Positions 41,230-53,498 of a stretch of DNA of 64,000 nucleotides are shown in pieces (the stretch's first letter is position 1; every line of letters starts with the position of its first letter). Made by a program: the position numbers and the translations under genes. The notes below the pieces were generated by a model. The model saw nothing but the letters and a program-made list of their open reading frames with translations, was not told the origin of the DNA and made no database searches. Origin of the DNA: Geosiphon pyriformis uo1 (lineage: Eukaryota > Fungi > Glomeromycota); the NCBI GenBank assembly GCA_016748015.1, contig JAAOMT010000571.1, positions 933,095-997,094 of the forward strand, given 5' to 3'.

Positions 41230-42590
41230 CTCAAAGTCCTTCTGAATCAGTATGCCAATGTCTTTGCCAGCAAAAATGAGTTCGGACGCACTGACATTGT
41301 GAAGCATCAGATTGATACAGAAGACACTCGACCAATTAAGCAATGAGCTTACTGCATACCCTTATCTGGCAATAACCTAATTAAGCAAGAAGTGCAATGG
41401 ATGCTTGATAATAGCCTAATCAAAGAATCGTTAAGCCCTGGGTCCTCGCCAGTAGTCTTAGTCACCAAGAAAAATGGAAAAGTGCGATTCTGCATAGATT
41501 ATCGAAAACTAAATAGCATTACACAAGAAGATAGTTATTCCACTCTTCTCATCCAGGAAATTCTGGACAATCTAGGGAAAAAGAAATGGTTCTCATCATT
41601 AAATTTAGCAAGTGATTACTGGCAAGTTGAAATGGACCCCAAAGACAAAAAAAAACAGTGTTTACCATTCGAGACAGAAACTTCGAGTTTAATGTAATGC
41701 CTTTTGGACTTTGTAATGCTCCTGCCACGTTTCAATGCCTGATGGATGTAGTATACAAAGGAATTCTTTGAAAATCAGTAGTAGTCTACCTAGATGACAC
41801 AAATGTATTCTCCAAAACATTCGAAAACCATCTGCTCCACCTGCAATAAGTCTTCGAACGTCTTTGTAGTGCTGGATTGAAACTCAATCCCAAGAAGTGC
41901 TTCTTTGGAAAAACCAAGTTAAAATTCCTAGGACATGTAATCGGCAAGGATGGAGTTAAACCCGATCCAGATAAAGTACAAAAAGTCAAAGATTTTCCAG
42001 CCCCAATCAACCTCAGAGAATTATGAAGATTTTTAGGATTAGCAGGATATTATCATTGATTTGTCAAAGATTTCTCAAACATCGCAAAACCACTCCATCA
42101 ATTGTTGTCCAAATACATACCATACTTGTGAAAGGAAGATCAACAGAGAGCATTTGACTATCTCAAGTAGTGATTGATCACATCCCCAATTCTGATTTAC
42201 CCAAATTTCACTAAACAGTTCATTGTTGCTACGGATGCCTTAAAAAATGCTCTAAGAGCAGTCTTATCACAGATAAAACCGGACAATAAAGAACACCCAA
42301 TTGCCTATGCTAGTTGCAACACTAACCCAGCAGAAAAAAATTACAGCACAACAGATCTGGAATGTCTTGCCATTTATTGGGCCATACAGACTTGAAAACA
42401 TTACCTCAGTCAACCATTTGACCTATATACTGACCACAAAGGACTTATTTGGTTACTCAACAATCCACAACTAGAAAGAAAATATGTGAGATGGAGTACT
42501 TATCTACAACAATTCTCATTCAAAGTTTATTACAAGGAAGGATCCAAGAACACCAATGCCGACAGTTTGTCGAGGATGCCACAAACCTAA
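41230..42590 (+). pseudogene. pol: Reverse transcriptase and RNase H of Gypsy A
   Basis: SSPVVLVTKKNGKVRFCIDYRKLN, YWQV, MPFGLCNAPATF, YLDD, FLGHVI, ATDA, NYSTTDLECLAI, YTDH, NADSLSR. Confidence 0.92.
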
Positions 42591-42600
42591 TCCCAGACCC

Positions 42601-43968
42601 ATGGACACACTCACTTATTAACGACTACATCAGTACCTATTGACACTACATTTCAAGGAGATATTATCTTAACAGGAACAGAGTACCATATGAAAACAAG
42701 CCCGAAATTATTTTATTTAAGACAACCAACTATATCAATGAGAACGCCGAAACTACCCCAACCCACAACGACTAATCACGGACAGTGAAAGAGAAACTAT
42801 ACTATACAGCGTGCACTTAGATCCGATTGCAGAACACTTTAACAAAGACGCTATCCTCAAAAAAACACTAAACTTATACTTTTGGCCAACAATGCACAAA
42901 GACATTTTCGAATATGTGCTTAATTGTGACGCATGTCAGTAAAAAGGAGGAGCAAGATCAACAGAACCACTTCGACCCATTTCAGTTGGAAATCCATTTG
43001 ATAGAATCAGGATCGATTTGGTTGGACTTCTTTCAATTACATCCCAAGGAAATTGCTATATTGCTGTAGCCATAAACTATCTTACAAAATGGCCAGAAGC
43101 CAGAGCAATCCAAGTGGCCAATGCCAAAACAGTCGCCGAATTTGTGCATCAAGACCTAATTTGCTGACATGGATGTCCGAAAGAATTATTATCTGATCAG
43201 AGAACACACTTTATTAATAATACGCTGACTGAACTAAGCCAACGGTTTGGAATAAAGAGATCCTTATCGTCATCATACCACCCATAAATGAACGGACTGA
43301 TAGAACAATTTAACAGAACACTGTGCAAAGCACTAGCAAAAATAAGTCATGAAAACAGACAAGAATAGGACTTATTTATATCTTTTGTACTCTTTACATA
43401 CCAAACATTGAAACAAAATACGACTTAGTTCACACCATTTGAACTAGTCTATGGAAGAAAAGCTACGTTACCAATTAAACGAGTGATACCGTCATACCCA
43501 ACAGAAACAATCAATGAAGAGAATTTTGAAACTACCTTACACCAAAGAACGTACTAGCTAATGGAAACGTTGGAAAACAATTGAAGAACAACAGCTGGCA
43601 ATATTAGTCATGCTCAAGAATAACAAAAAGAAAGACATGATAAACACTTATCAGAACAACCAATGGAATTCAAGATTGAAGACCAAGTACTATTACATTG
43701 TACAAAAGCTGAGAAACAGTGGAGTGGAAAGTTTGACCCAAAGTGGGATGGTCCATTCCACATACATGAAGCATTAGGAAATAGAGCTTACAAATTATAA
43801 TTGGAAGACAGGATTTTAAAGAAAGTAGCACATGGAAATTGGTTAAAAATTTATTATGTAAAACCGGAATCATTGTCATCAGTACCTCAACTAGGAACAC
43901 AAATTTCATTAATTAAACTAGAAGATATACCACAAGATCTAGAACCAATCATTGTCATTGAAACGTAG
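42601..43968 (+). pseudogene. Integrase of Gypsy A
   Basis: H..H..YFWPTM..CDAC zinc motif, IDLVG, KWPEARAI, PKELLSDQ, SSYHP*MNGLIEQFNRTL, PFELVYG, WDGPF. Confidence 0.9.
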
Positions 43969-43970
43969 AC

Positions 43971-44783
43971 AATGAGCAGCAAATTAAATTGGGGAATTCA
44001 AATATATATAGCATCTGAAAAGCAGCAAGAAATGATAGAAATTTCAACATAGACCTTTTAGATCAAATTTTAAAATTATTTAAACAATTATTTGAAACAA
44101 TTCAAAAATTGACATCTCAAATAGAAATAACAATTGATAAAAAAGAGATATGGTACAAAGATAAGAGCAGGAGAGAGGAGGATGAGAGTTCAATTAGAAC
44201 TAAATGTTTCCTCCCCTACCCACTACTCGAAAGGCAATGTGGAAAGAAAAATTGCCTTTGGGTGGGGGGTGGAAAAGAAGGAGGCAAAGAATGAGAAAAA
44301 AGTTACAAAAAAAGATACTTGGTCCCCGAGCTTGAAGAAATAAAAGAAGCTTTAGCTCGTGGGACCAAACTCCCCGAAACAGAGGAGTGGACACCTGACA
44401 ACATCCAGGAATAAAAAGAAAGACTTTCTCCAGCTTATTGGTTCTACAAAATTGGAGAACAGCTTGACTTGAAAACACTATATGAAGACCTCAGCCAAAA
44501 AATGTTCAACAAAGAAATAATACAACAAGTAGAAAAATTTGTAGGAAAAAACAACCTGACCCTACATTACAAAGCAGCATACTGACTATATGCCACCTTT
44601 CAACATTGTCCAAACATACTACTGAACAGATCTATGAAAACCATAATGGTTAACAGCATAGGATGAATAACCAATCAACAGTTTGAAGACCTACAAAAGG
44701 CAATACTCGAGACAACAATCAAACATTACACAAATGAAGCCACAATAACAGATACATATGGTTTTGCAGAAGCTCAATTTTAA
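43971..44783 (+). pseudogene. Additional ORF of unknown function between integrase and PPT
   Basis: One frame of ~270 codons, broken only by five TGA/TAA codons that each revert by one transition. Ends at the PPT. Confidence 0.6.
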
Positions 44784-44797
44784 AAAGAGAGGGATAA
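44782..44797 (+). other. Polypurine tract
   Basis: AAAAAGAGAGGGATAA directly before the 3' LTR. Confidence 0.8.
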
Positions 44798-45891
44798 AGT
44801 TACCTGAGTAGAAAAACTGATCTAAAGTTATGAAGAAATGTGACCAAAATGTGACATAACACAGAATAATGTGCAATAACGTTGGATAATACGTTATAAT
44901 GTTGGATAACGTGTTATAACACAGGATAACACAGAATAGCGCGCAATAACATAGAATAATGTGTTATAATGCAGGATAACACAGAATAACATGTAATAAT
45001 GTTAGATAACATGTTATAACATAGGATAACTAGTGATAATATAGAAAAACGAAGCAATAACAGAAACAACAAAGCAATAGCTAGCAATAGTGAGACAATT
45101 GAAAGCAATTCTGTAAAACCAAAAGAATGTATAAAAGCAAGTAGTTGTAGAAGTAAGAAAAGACAGAGAAAAAAAAAATAGATACAAACCTTTAGACCAG
45201 AAATTAAAATATCCATATCCCTTCATCCTTTATTATCTTCCCTATTTCATCTCCTGAAATAAACCAATTATTAAAAGAAATCAGAATCACAAATTCATGT
45301 TCTCGAACTTCGTGAAATTTATGTGAATTAACCCTTGTCTCGTACCTCCATTCTAGAACAGATGCTCTTAGCATAACTGCCTCGAACCTATTAACGATTT
45401 GGACCAATTGCTTTTGATCACAGCAATTGATAATACTAATTTATCTTTTCTCTCTTTTCTTTTCTTTTCTTTTTCTTTTTCTTTCTTTTTCTGTCTTATT
45501 TTTTTGTGGAGTGGCAACATAGTAAAATCAACTATCTGGGAATAGACTTCGTAATAGTCTGGTAAAAGAGGGAAGCTCTTCCTAAGTTTTGGATATTAAC
45601 ATTATCTTGTTAGCTTACCAGAAGGGTGAAAAGACAACGCCAGACCCTAATGACTGCACTCGTTAGTTTGGAGAAAAAAGCTTACATTTACGAAAAATGT
45701 TGCAATCGACGAAAGACAAACTCTGTGCTTTATAACCAAAAAACTCAACGGGTAAAATTCACATCCAGGAATAGACTTTCAGAAACTGATAATTAAGACT
45801 AAGCCAACAGAATTACATGGAAGATGCATCATCAATAATTGAGAGCACCAAACATTACCATTTCCCATACCCACCAAGTTTACCCATAATA
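44798..45891 (+). repeat. 3' LTR, family A
   Basis: Colinear with the 5' LTR and followed by the CCAT TSD. Confidence 0.93.
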
Positions 45892-48800
45892 CCATACCAG
45901 CAGAAAACTTTGAAGACAAACCAGACAATAAAATAGAAATCAAACTATCTAAAAGAATCAATCTGTTCTTCTCTATGTATGCACAATATTTTGCACAAAC
46001 CAACCAAATATCATCCCTAAAAGCAAGACCAAGAGAACACGTGAACTCAACAACCTTTGAACCAATTATCTTAGGGTCATGGAAGACAAAAACAGCTTCA
46101 TGAAACCAATCATTAAAAACAAAACTTTTATGAAGAGCTGCCAATACTGAAGAACCAGAGACACAAGATAACAACAAATACAACACACTTGATGAAGAAT
46201 AAAACAATCTAGAAAGTGCCTTCCAAGACTCCACATAGGAATCTAATAACTGACACCAAGCAAAATCATCAACTCCACAAGAAAACACATGATCTAACAC
46301 CTTCACTTCACTGTAATACAAGCACACAACACTAGAATAAGACCTATTGTAAAGGCACTTACAAACAGCCACAGACAGTTAATGATGCAAAGTCTTCATG
46401 AAATAAGTGCATGCATTAACTGAGACTCTGCTGGTAAAACCAGTGGCCATATGTAAATCCAGATGCCACACCAATAAGAAACGTGACCAATCAATCTCAG
46501 AAGCCAAATCACTTGCCAAAAACTTAACTCCCAAACCTATTTCCCAACGTGCATAACTAATGAAGTGGAAAACATCTCGGACAAAACGTCTAGAATTACC
46601 AGAAATTACAACACCATTGGTCATCAAAAAGTGCTCATTCAAGTGAGGAGGAAGAAACCAACTAGAAAAAGAGTTAGAATCAGCAATCACATCAGCCTGC
46701 TTATTCCCTTCCACACCAGAATGATCTTTGACTTTATGCCAGCTAACCCTTAAATTTTTCCCATGAATTAAGTTAACAATATGCTAATGCTTAACCCAGC
46801 ACTGATTGCAAAAATCAGGATGCAAAAGATCCAATTCCAACTTGCACGCATTCAAGGCAGACTGACTATCTGAAAACAGGCAAACTGAACTAGAAGGGGA
46901 GATGCATTCCAGGACCAAAGCAATGGCTTGTAGCTCAGCCAGAATGAACAACATCAAACCCGAAACACCAATGCCCAAACTCAGACCAATGTCCTCAAAA
47001 AAGACAGCAGTGCCAGCTTTACAGCTGACTGTACCCAGATTTCTTAAAGATTCATCTGTGTAAACAGATAAACAACCAATATCAACATGTGAAAGACAAT
47101 CACAGACAGATAAAAATTCACCAGAACCAAGAATACTCAAAGGACCAACATTATCTGGAACTGAAGAAGGAGCAGAAAAAGAAGTTATGCCATCGAAAAA
47201 TACAGCAGAAAGCCTAAACCAATCGGGAATGAGTCCATGGGGGTCCAATCTCTTCCACCACTTAAATGCGTACCAACTAAAAACAGAACCATGACAATCA
47301 CAAAGCTGATCAACAAAAACTATGCCATAATGCCAAAAAGATGGGAGAAACTTAAAAAATCTTAATTCGCTAAGAACAGCCAACATGGGCACCCCACCAA
47401 TAAAACAAAATGCATTGGCCAAAGAGCCACCCAAAGACAAATTGCAATCAAAGAGTACACAAACCAGGCCAGCCAGAAAGTTATTAGAAGCACTGACACA
47501 AATACAAACCAGACAACTCAATAGGTGGACAGGGCGCCAACACAAAACTTGTAAGTTATAAGATCTGTAAGAAAACAAGTGGCCCAAAATACCACTGGAG
47601 TTTACAAAACTGATGAGAGAGACGATCTTGGCCTCAGATTGAATCTGCAAAAAAGACTTTAGACCATAAAAGGAAGGGTGGTGAATTGTATCACCAAGAA
47701 AATTGAGTGGCAGACCAGATTTGAGTTTTAAAGCCTTGCAAATCATAGCATCTTATTTGTTGCATGCATTAACAGGAACAAAACTAAATTGGGTCTTATA
47801 ATTAACTATAAGATGGAGAACTGCTGAAACTAAATACAAGAGCTGTTTATCTATGATAGTTTTCCTCAGAACCAAATTGGTAAAAAAACAAATGTCCGAA
47901 TGGGCTTTAATTAAACTAGGTTTTAATAGGCTCTCAGTTGAGAGAAAAATACCCAAATATCGATGAGACTCTCCCTTCCTGGCAATAGAAATGGGTGAAC
48001 CACTGATAAAAAAAGAAGGATTGTTGACTCTGCTATTAATAAAGATGACCACTGTCTTGTCATTGTTAATTGAAATGTCATTGATTCAAAAAAATTCACT
48101 AGCAATATTGAGAATATATTGAGTAGTCCTTAGACTGCTACCAACTCAAATTGTATCATCAACAAAGACACCAGCAGTAAAAAATGTAGAAAATCCAACT
48201 TGAGACTCAGCATGACCACTCTTGGAAATAAAATAGGAATTCAGTCTGTACCCACATATACTTTCTTGTCGCTTGACTTCGCACAAGAAAGGATTATAAA
48301 ATATGTGCCACAAGAAAGGAGAAAAGACTTCCTTTTGGTCCAAACCATTATGTACATAATAACCACTCGTCAGCCCAAAATCTGTCATAACTCAATTGGT
48401 GTGACCCCAATGAATACCACCAAAAAACCGAATGAACTTGTCACATATTTACTGAGATGCTCCCAGCCAACCGAGTCATATGCCTTCTTTATGTTCTGTA
48501 AAACGAGCCAGAGCTTACGGTCTTTTTCCAGAGCATCTTCAACAATAGAACCAATTGCAAAAATGAGAGACTGGGTAGATATATCCTTCAAAACTGAAAA
48601 GTTGTCACTGCGAAGAATGTCAAATATGCTGCATGCCAACAAAATCTGATCAGAGAGAATCTTGGAAAGAATCTTACGAGCCATCTCAATCAAAGCAATC
48701 GGACGTGTATTTGTTAGTACACCCTTCCACTTATATGATTTAAGAATCATTGAAACTCATGCCTCCTTTTAGGAGCAAAGCACTAATTCACATGACAAAC

Positions 48801-51461
48801 AAAAATTTAAAAGCACCAAAAGCATATTCAAAACAGATCTATCACAATGCTTTCAGAGTTCATTTGAAATTCCAGAAAGGCCAGCAGCTTTGCCATCAAG
48901 CAGACCAGAAACCACTCTGAACAACTTATCAAAATTAATTGAACTCATTACACCAGAAAAAGCTTCATCAAAAACATAATCCAAAAGTTGATATTGATGA
49001 TTCCAATCACTAAAAACATCAGTGACCACCTGACATGATCGAGTCCAACCCTTCATAATTATGTCCACCTTAGACTTCACAAAATCAGGCTCCAAAATCA
49101 GCTTATTACTTATCACCAGATAGTCTAAAACCACTTTGTGGAAAGAACATTCCAAAACACTCCTAATAGTATGATCTTTGTTCAACTCAAAGCTCTCCAT
49201 TCTTCTGTCAATTGCCAATCTGATCTGAGACTCCCTAGCATGATCTGATTCCGACAACTTAGACAAACAGTAAGATTTTCTGATTTTGGCCAAAACCAAC
49301 CAAATGGCATCAAAATGAGAACCTGAAAGAAAAAGAGACTTAACAACAGAGGCATTGGTAGAATCAAGACCACCCCATAAGCCAAGTAGGGAAACAAACT
49401 CATTATGGAAAGCCAGACGCAAGGCCTTAATAATCCTCAACACCAAAAGTTCCAATTTGTGAAACTTGGAGGATGTCCTATTAAAGACACTGTTATAGTC
49501 CTTAAATCATTTCTTCTTAAAAACACTTTCTGCTGACAAGCACACTACTTGGTGGAGAGCATTTCACATCGAGTCCAAATCTGAACTCCTTCCAGCAGCA
49601 CCAAACTCATCATAAAACATGGCAGCATTTGCAGCTGTATCATCTTTGAATTTAATCTACTTAGCACTATTGGCACACATAAAATTATATTTTCAACAAT
49701 CTCTATTTGCCTGTTTACACAAAAAGTTTAGTTGTATATTATTACCAGACAAAATTAGAGATATTATTTAGCATGAAATTATCTTATAAATCCTATCATT
49801 AATTAGCATATATTATCGTTTCAAATTATCACTTATTATATTAGTAAAATGTCCGAAATTATCATTTAAATTAATAACCCAATTTGTACACAACACAAAT
49901 GTAACCTAATTGCGATGATCAATCATGCAATACCCCGAACTATGTAACATTCAAAAGTTTGCCGAAATTTGTAGAAATTTGCCGAAATAATTAATAGTTC
50001 ACTAAAATATCTAATAGTTCACAGAAATATCTAATAGTTCACAGAAATAACTTGTAGTTTACCAAAATGTATCTTTAGTTCAGCGAAATTGTAGAAAATA
50101 GCAAAGTTCAAGTTTATAGAATAGTGTTATGACAAGTTGTATAAAAAAAGAGCATTTTTCTTCGAGAAAATGTATCTTACTTTAGATTTATCACTTAAAA
50201 CCATTTCTACGTACACAAAAAGAAATAAATATCAAATAATTTGAAAAACCAAATTCTTTAATTATTGCACTTGGAAAATCCCCAAAACCCAACTAACGTT
50301 TTGAAATTAATTAGCTACCAATTTCAGTAAACTATTAGTGACTCCAGGCCTGGATAGAAAAACGTTTCCCTTGATAAAATTTTATTTTTTTTACATTTCT
50401 TTTATTTTTCTTTTCTTTTCTTATTACAATCATTAGAGTAGCCTACAGATAAGATTCCTGTAGAAAAGTTGACTTTCACAGCAAAGTAACTACACATTTT
50501 TAGTGAGCTTCCAGATGAGCAATTCCTGGGAAAGAGTTGACATTTACTACAATGTAACTACATAAAGCAACTGGCATGGAATTGGCCATTCCACTCATAA
50601 GCCCAGCAAGTTCAAATTATAGGAGATAATTTGAAGATAAATTCAGTTACTGGAAGTCCAACTACTTCCTGGAAATGTGAATTTACAGCAAACAGACATC
50701 AACAAAATTCAAGAAAGAAGACCAAAAACCTTCAGTAACAACATCTAGCAAACCACCAAGACCTATGGATACAGAAACAGCCTTATAATCAGTATCAAAA
50801 TAGTCAGCAACAGCAGCCACACCACAATCCACAATCACACCAATCAAATTAGACAAAATAAACATGTAATCAATTGTCTTAGTGACACCACAAGAGTTGC
50901 ACCAAGTAGGTAACTTTACAGAAGAGCTCCCTCCTCCTCCAGAGAGTTAACCAAACCCAAATCAAAGCATTTCTTGAAACTGGCACACTTCTAAGAACCA
51001 TTCTCATTGAAGTCACCACCAAGAATAACAAAAAAAGATTTATTAACAGCCCTCACAATCAAGGAATTGATCTCGGCAGCTTGGGAAAACTGAGCATTCA
51101 AAGAAGCACCAGTGTAAAGCCCCAAGATAGAAACTGAAAGTTTGTTCTTAAAGAGCAACTTAATGCAGAGAAGGTGGCCAAGAACCTCAAAAACCTTACT
51201 AACGTGCTTAGCTAAAGAATTGTCCAAAATCATCACAACATCAGCTCTAGTGTAGCCAGAGGCCAAACCAGAAGAGAAAACACGAATGCCATCAAACTTG
51301 TTAGCCAACCAAAGACGAGCTTTATCCTTCAACTTTGTCTCTGTGAGAATGGAAACCAAATTGCACAAATCTTTGTGCCAATGCACAATGTCTTCCTGTT
51401 TTGTGAAATTGTTCATATCTTGAACATTACATGTAGCTACCTTCCAAATGATATTAGTCAT
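45892..51461 (-). pseudogene. LINE-1 ORF2 (APE endonuclease, RT, RNase H, C-terminal zinc motif)
   Basis: APE: ATCNVQ, ETKL, ILGGDFNE, TDY. RT: RPIALIE, KAYDSV, FVDD, YLGI. RNase H: VYTD, AELQAI, SDSQ, HSGVEGNKQAD. C-terminal CLY..DHVFSC. Confidence 0.9.
49740..50740 (+). mobile_element. Solo LTR, family B (1001 bp), inserted in LINE-1 ORF2
   Basis: T(A)TTAC...GTAACA termini, TSD ATAT/ACAT. The LINE frame is restored on removal. Homologous to 1-528. Confidence 0.88.
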
Positions 51462-53368
51462 TAAAAGGGAAGTGATCCAGAATCCAAACCAGCATTTTTT
51501 AACCTGGCTGAAAAACCCATAACAGTTTTCAAAAGAATATCCAAAGTATCTTTCAATTTAGAAACTGCCAATGAATTGTAAACAACTGCCTCTGCAACAG
51601 TCTCACCACTAGTGGCTGCACCTAAACCCTCACTTATTACTATATCCGTCTCTTGATTCTGTGATGAAGGAGTTACCAACAGCTAACATCCAGGGCCATG
51701 CTGAGAAACTGTCAGCCCGAATACATCCAACCTCTTGGCCAGCTTATCAACCTGCTCAGCAAGGCTGGCAAGACTGCGCTCGAGAGCAGCAAACTTATTA
51801 TTCACATCCAGAGAAAATTGAGGGGGAGGTACCATGACCGACAATGAACCACTACCAGAAGGAAATGACAAAGCTATGCAAGAATTAGAACCTTCAGCAA
51901 CTTGAGTCCAAGTTTTACCAGTGAAAGACACAAGATGGGAGATAAGAGCCAGCTTTTTCTTATAAATGTCAGCCAGACAAACCCAATCCTGATCAGAGAA
52001 CACTTGTTTCTCACGGACACCAGAATTCCCACCCAAAGAACAGTTGATTGTAATATGACCAAATTGTTTGCACTGAGTGCAACTGGCCAGAGAAAGACCA
52101 GTCCACTGCAAACTCACACTCTTGAAAACAGGAACAGAACCAATAGCAGCCAACTTAGATGCCTTACTCTCAAAACAAATGACTGCACACCTATCATAAA
52201 CATATGAACTAGGATTTCGGCCAATAAAGCATGTTTTCCCACCATAAGTCTCCACCAACTCAGAAAGATCATGTGCAGTAGTACTGATCAGAAGGGTATA
52301 CAACAAAGTGCGATAATGGTCCTTCAAAATCCATAGCTCCTTATCACTGATGGTCAAAGCAACATGCACAAAATTCTTATCTACAAGAACTAACCATTTA
52401 GATGCAATCAAACACACAGTTTCAGTAGACTCAAATTTCACCAAAGCCTTCTGCCAAAGCCCAATTAATTGTATCTTGATTGATAAAATTTTGCCAAATT
52501 TGGAGAACACTGTCTCAATTGCTGATTTGGAAAGATCTACTGGGATCTCCTTGATGATTATTTTCTGATCCGAATGGCTGTTGATTTTTTTGAAATCATC
52601 ATTCACAATTATTTTTTCATTGATCGCCATTTTTCTGGCCTTATTCAAACTAGACCCACTTGTGAAAGTTGACTGAATGATACCAAGAAATTTTAAGAGA
52701 GTTGAGGCTCCTCCAAAACCATCAATTCTGTAAAAAAAATTTTTAATTGAAATCAACTTATTACTATTAGTCTTTCTAGGCACATTTGACAACTCTATAT
52801 CCAAGGCGAATAATTTAACTAGTTCAAAGGCACGATGTTCCAAAACACATGAAATCACAGACAGCAGCTGATTGGATTCAGCAAATTTAGCTTCAGGAAG
52901 CACCAACTTAGTATCATCGTCACTCATGCTTGCAAAGAAAATTGCCTTTGGCGGCTGTTTCAAAACAAAAGTTCTTGTTCGCGTTTTCCTAGAAGTCACA
53001 TTGTCTTCCATCTCATCAGTCTCAGAAGCGTTGAGATTCATATAACTTGTCTCCTCAGCAATTGTGCTTTCCAAATTCTCGGCATCTAACACTTTACTAA
53101 CATCCATTTTCTTATTATCTACCTTACTTTCTCAAGATCTCTGCAGTCCAACACCATCACCATGTAGTATACCCACTGAGAGCAGGCTGTCCAATGAGTC
53201 CACAATGCCACTAGAGACACCAGGCAACTTTGTTTTTTTGTATGAAGGACCACATGAGTATACACTCTTAATGCGTGCTTTAATTTTTTTGCTGCCAGAC
53301 TGGGACCCCAATCTAGCTGAACTTGAATTCAAAGTGCCAGTAGAAGAGCCCACTAGATCCATAGGCAC
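51461..53368 (-). pseudogene. LINE-1 ORF1 (RRM, CCHC knuckle, coiled coil)
   Basis: IIIKEIPVDL..FSKFGKI (RRM-like), CTQCKQFGHITINC, FAALERSLASLAEQVDKLAKRLD. Confidence 0.88.
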
Positions 53369-53498
53369 AAATAAAGGTATGTTTGAAGAAATAACAAAAG
53401 GGACAAAGGGAAAAAAGGGTAAGAAAGGCTATCTCTTCAACAACTCCAGGCTTTTGTTATGGTCAAGAGATTAATGAAAAAAAGAGTTCATAATTAAT

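Larger units (their letters stand above)
35648..45891 (+). mobile_element. Full-length but inactivated Ty3/Gypsy LTR retrotransposon (family A) carrying dUTPase
   Basis: Two ~1.09-kb LTRs, CCAT TSD (35644-35647 and 45892-45895), PBS and PPT. Domain order PR-RT-RH-IN. Many nonsense transitions. Confidence 0.95.
35423..53489 (-). mobile_element. LINE-1: non-LTR retrotransposon (ORF1 plus APE-RT-RNase H-CCHC ORF2), interrupted by Gypsy A and a solo LTR B
   Basis: Removing the inserts restores LLDVQLNFLCKQ and KFSAGMVNLLGMVEAFG..SVRIAV* (stop 35534-35536). Possible ATAATTAAT TSD at 35414-35422 and 53490-53498 (weak, AT-rich). Confidence 0.88.

Noticed and set aside
40070-41670. Programmed frameshifts in pol near 40075 and 41650
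   Set aside because: Best explained as 1-bp losses in C and A runs of a dead copy. Gag and protease are already in one frame.
43971-44783. env gene
   Set aside because: No signal peptide or transmembrane stretch; kept as an unknown ORF.
44691-45407. Short hydrophobic minus-strand ORFs in LTRs (also 35764-36256 and 54135-54323)
   Set aside because: By-products of the periodic, low-complexity LTR sequence.
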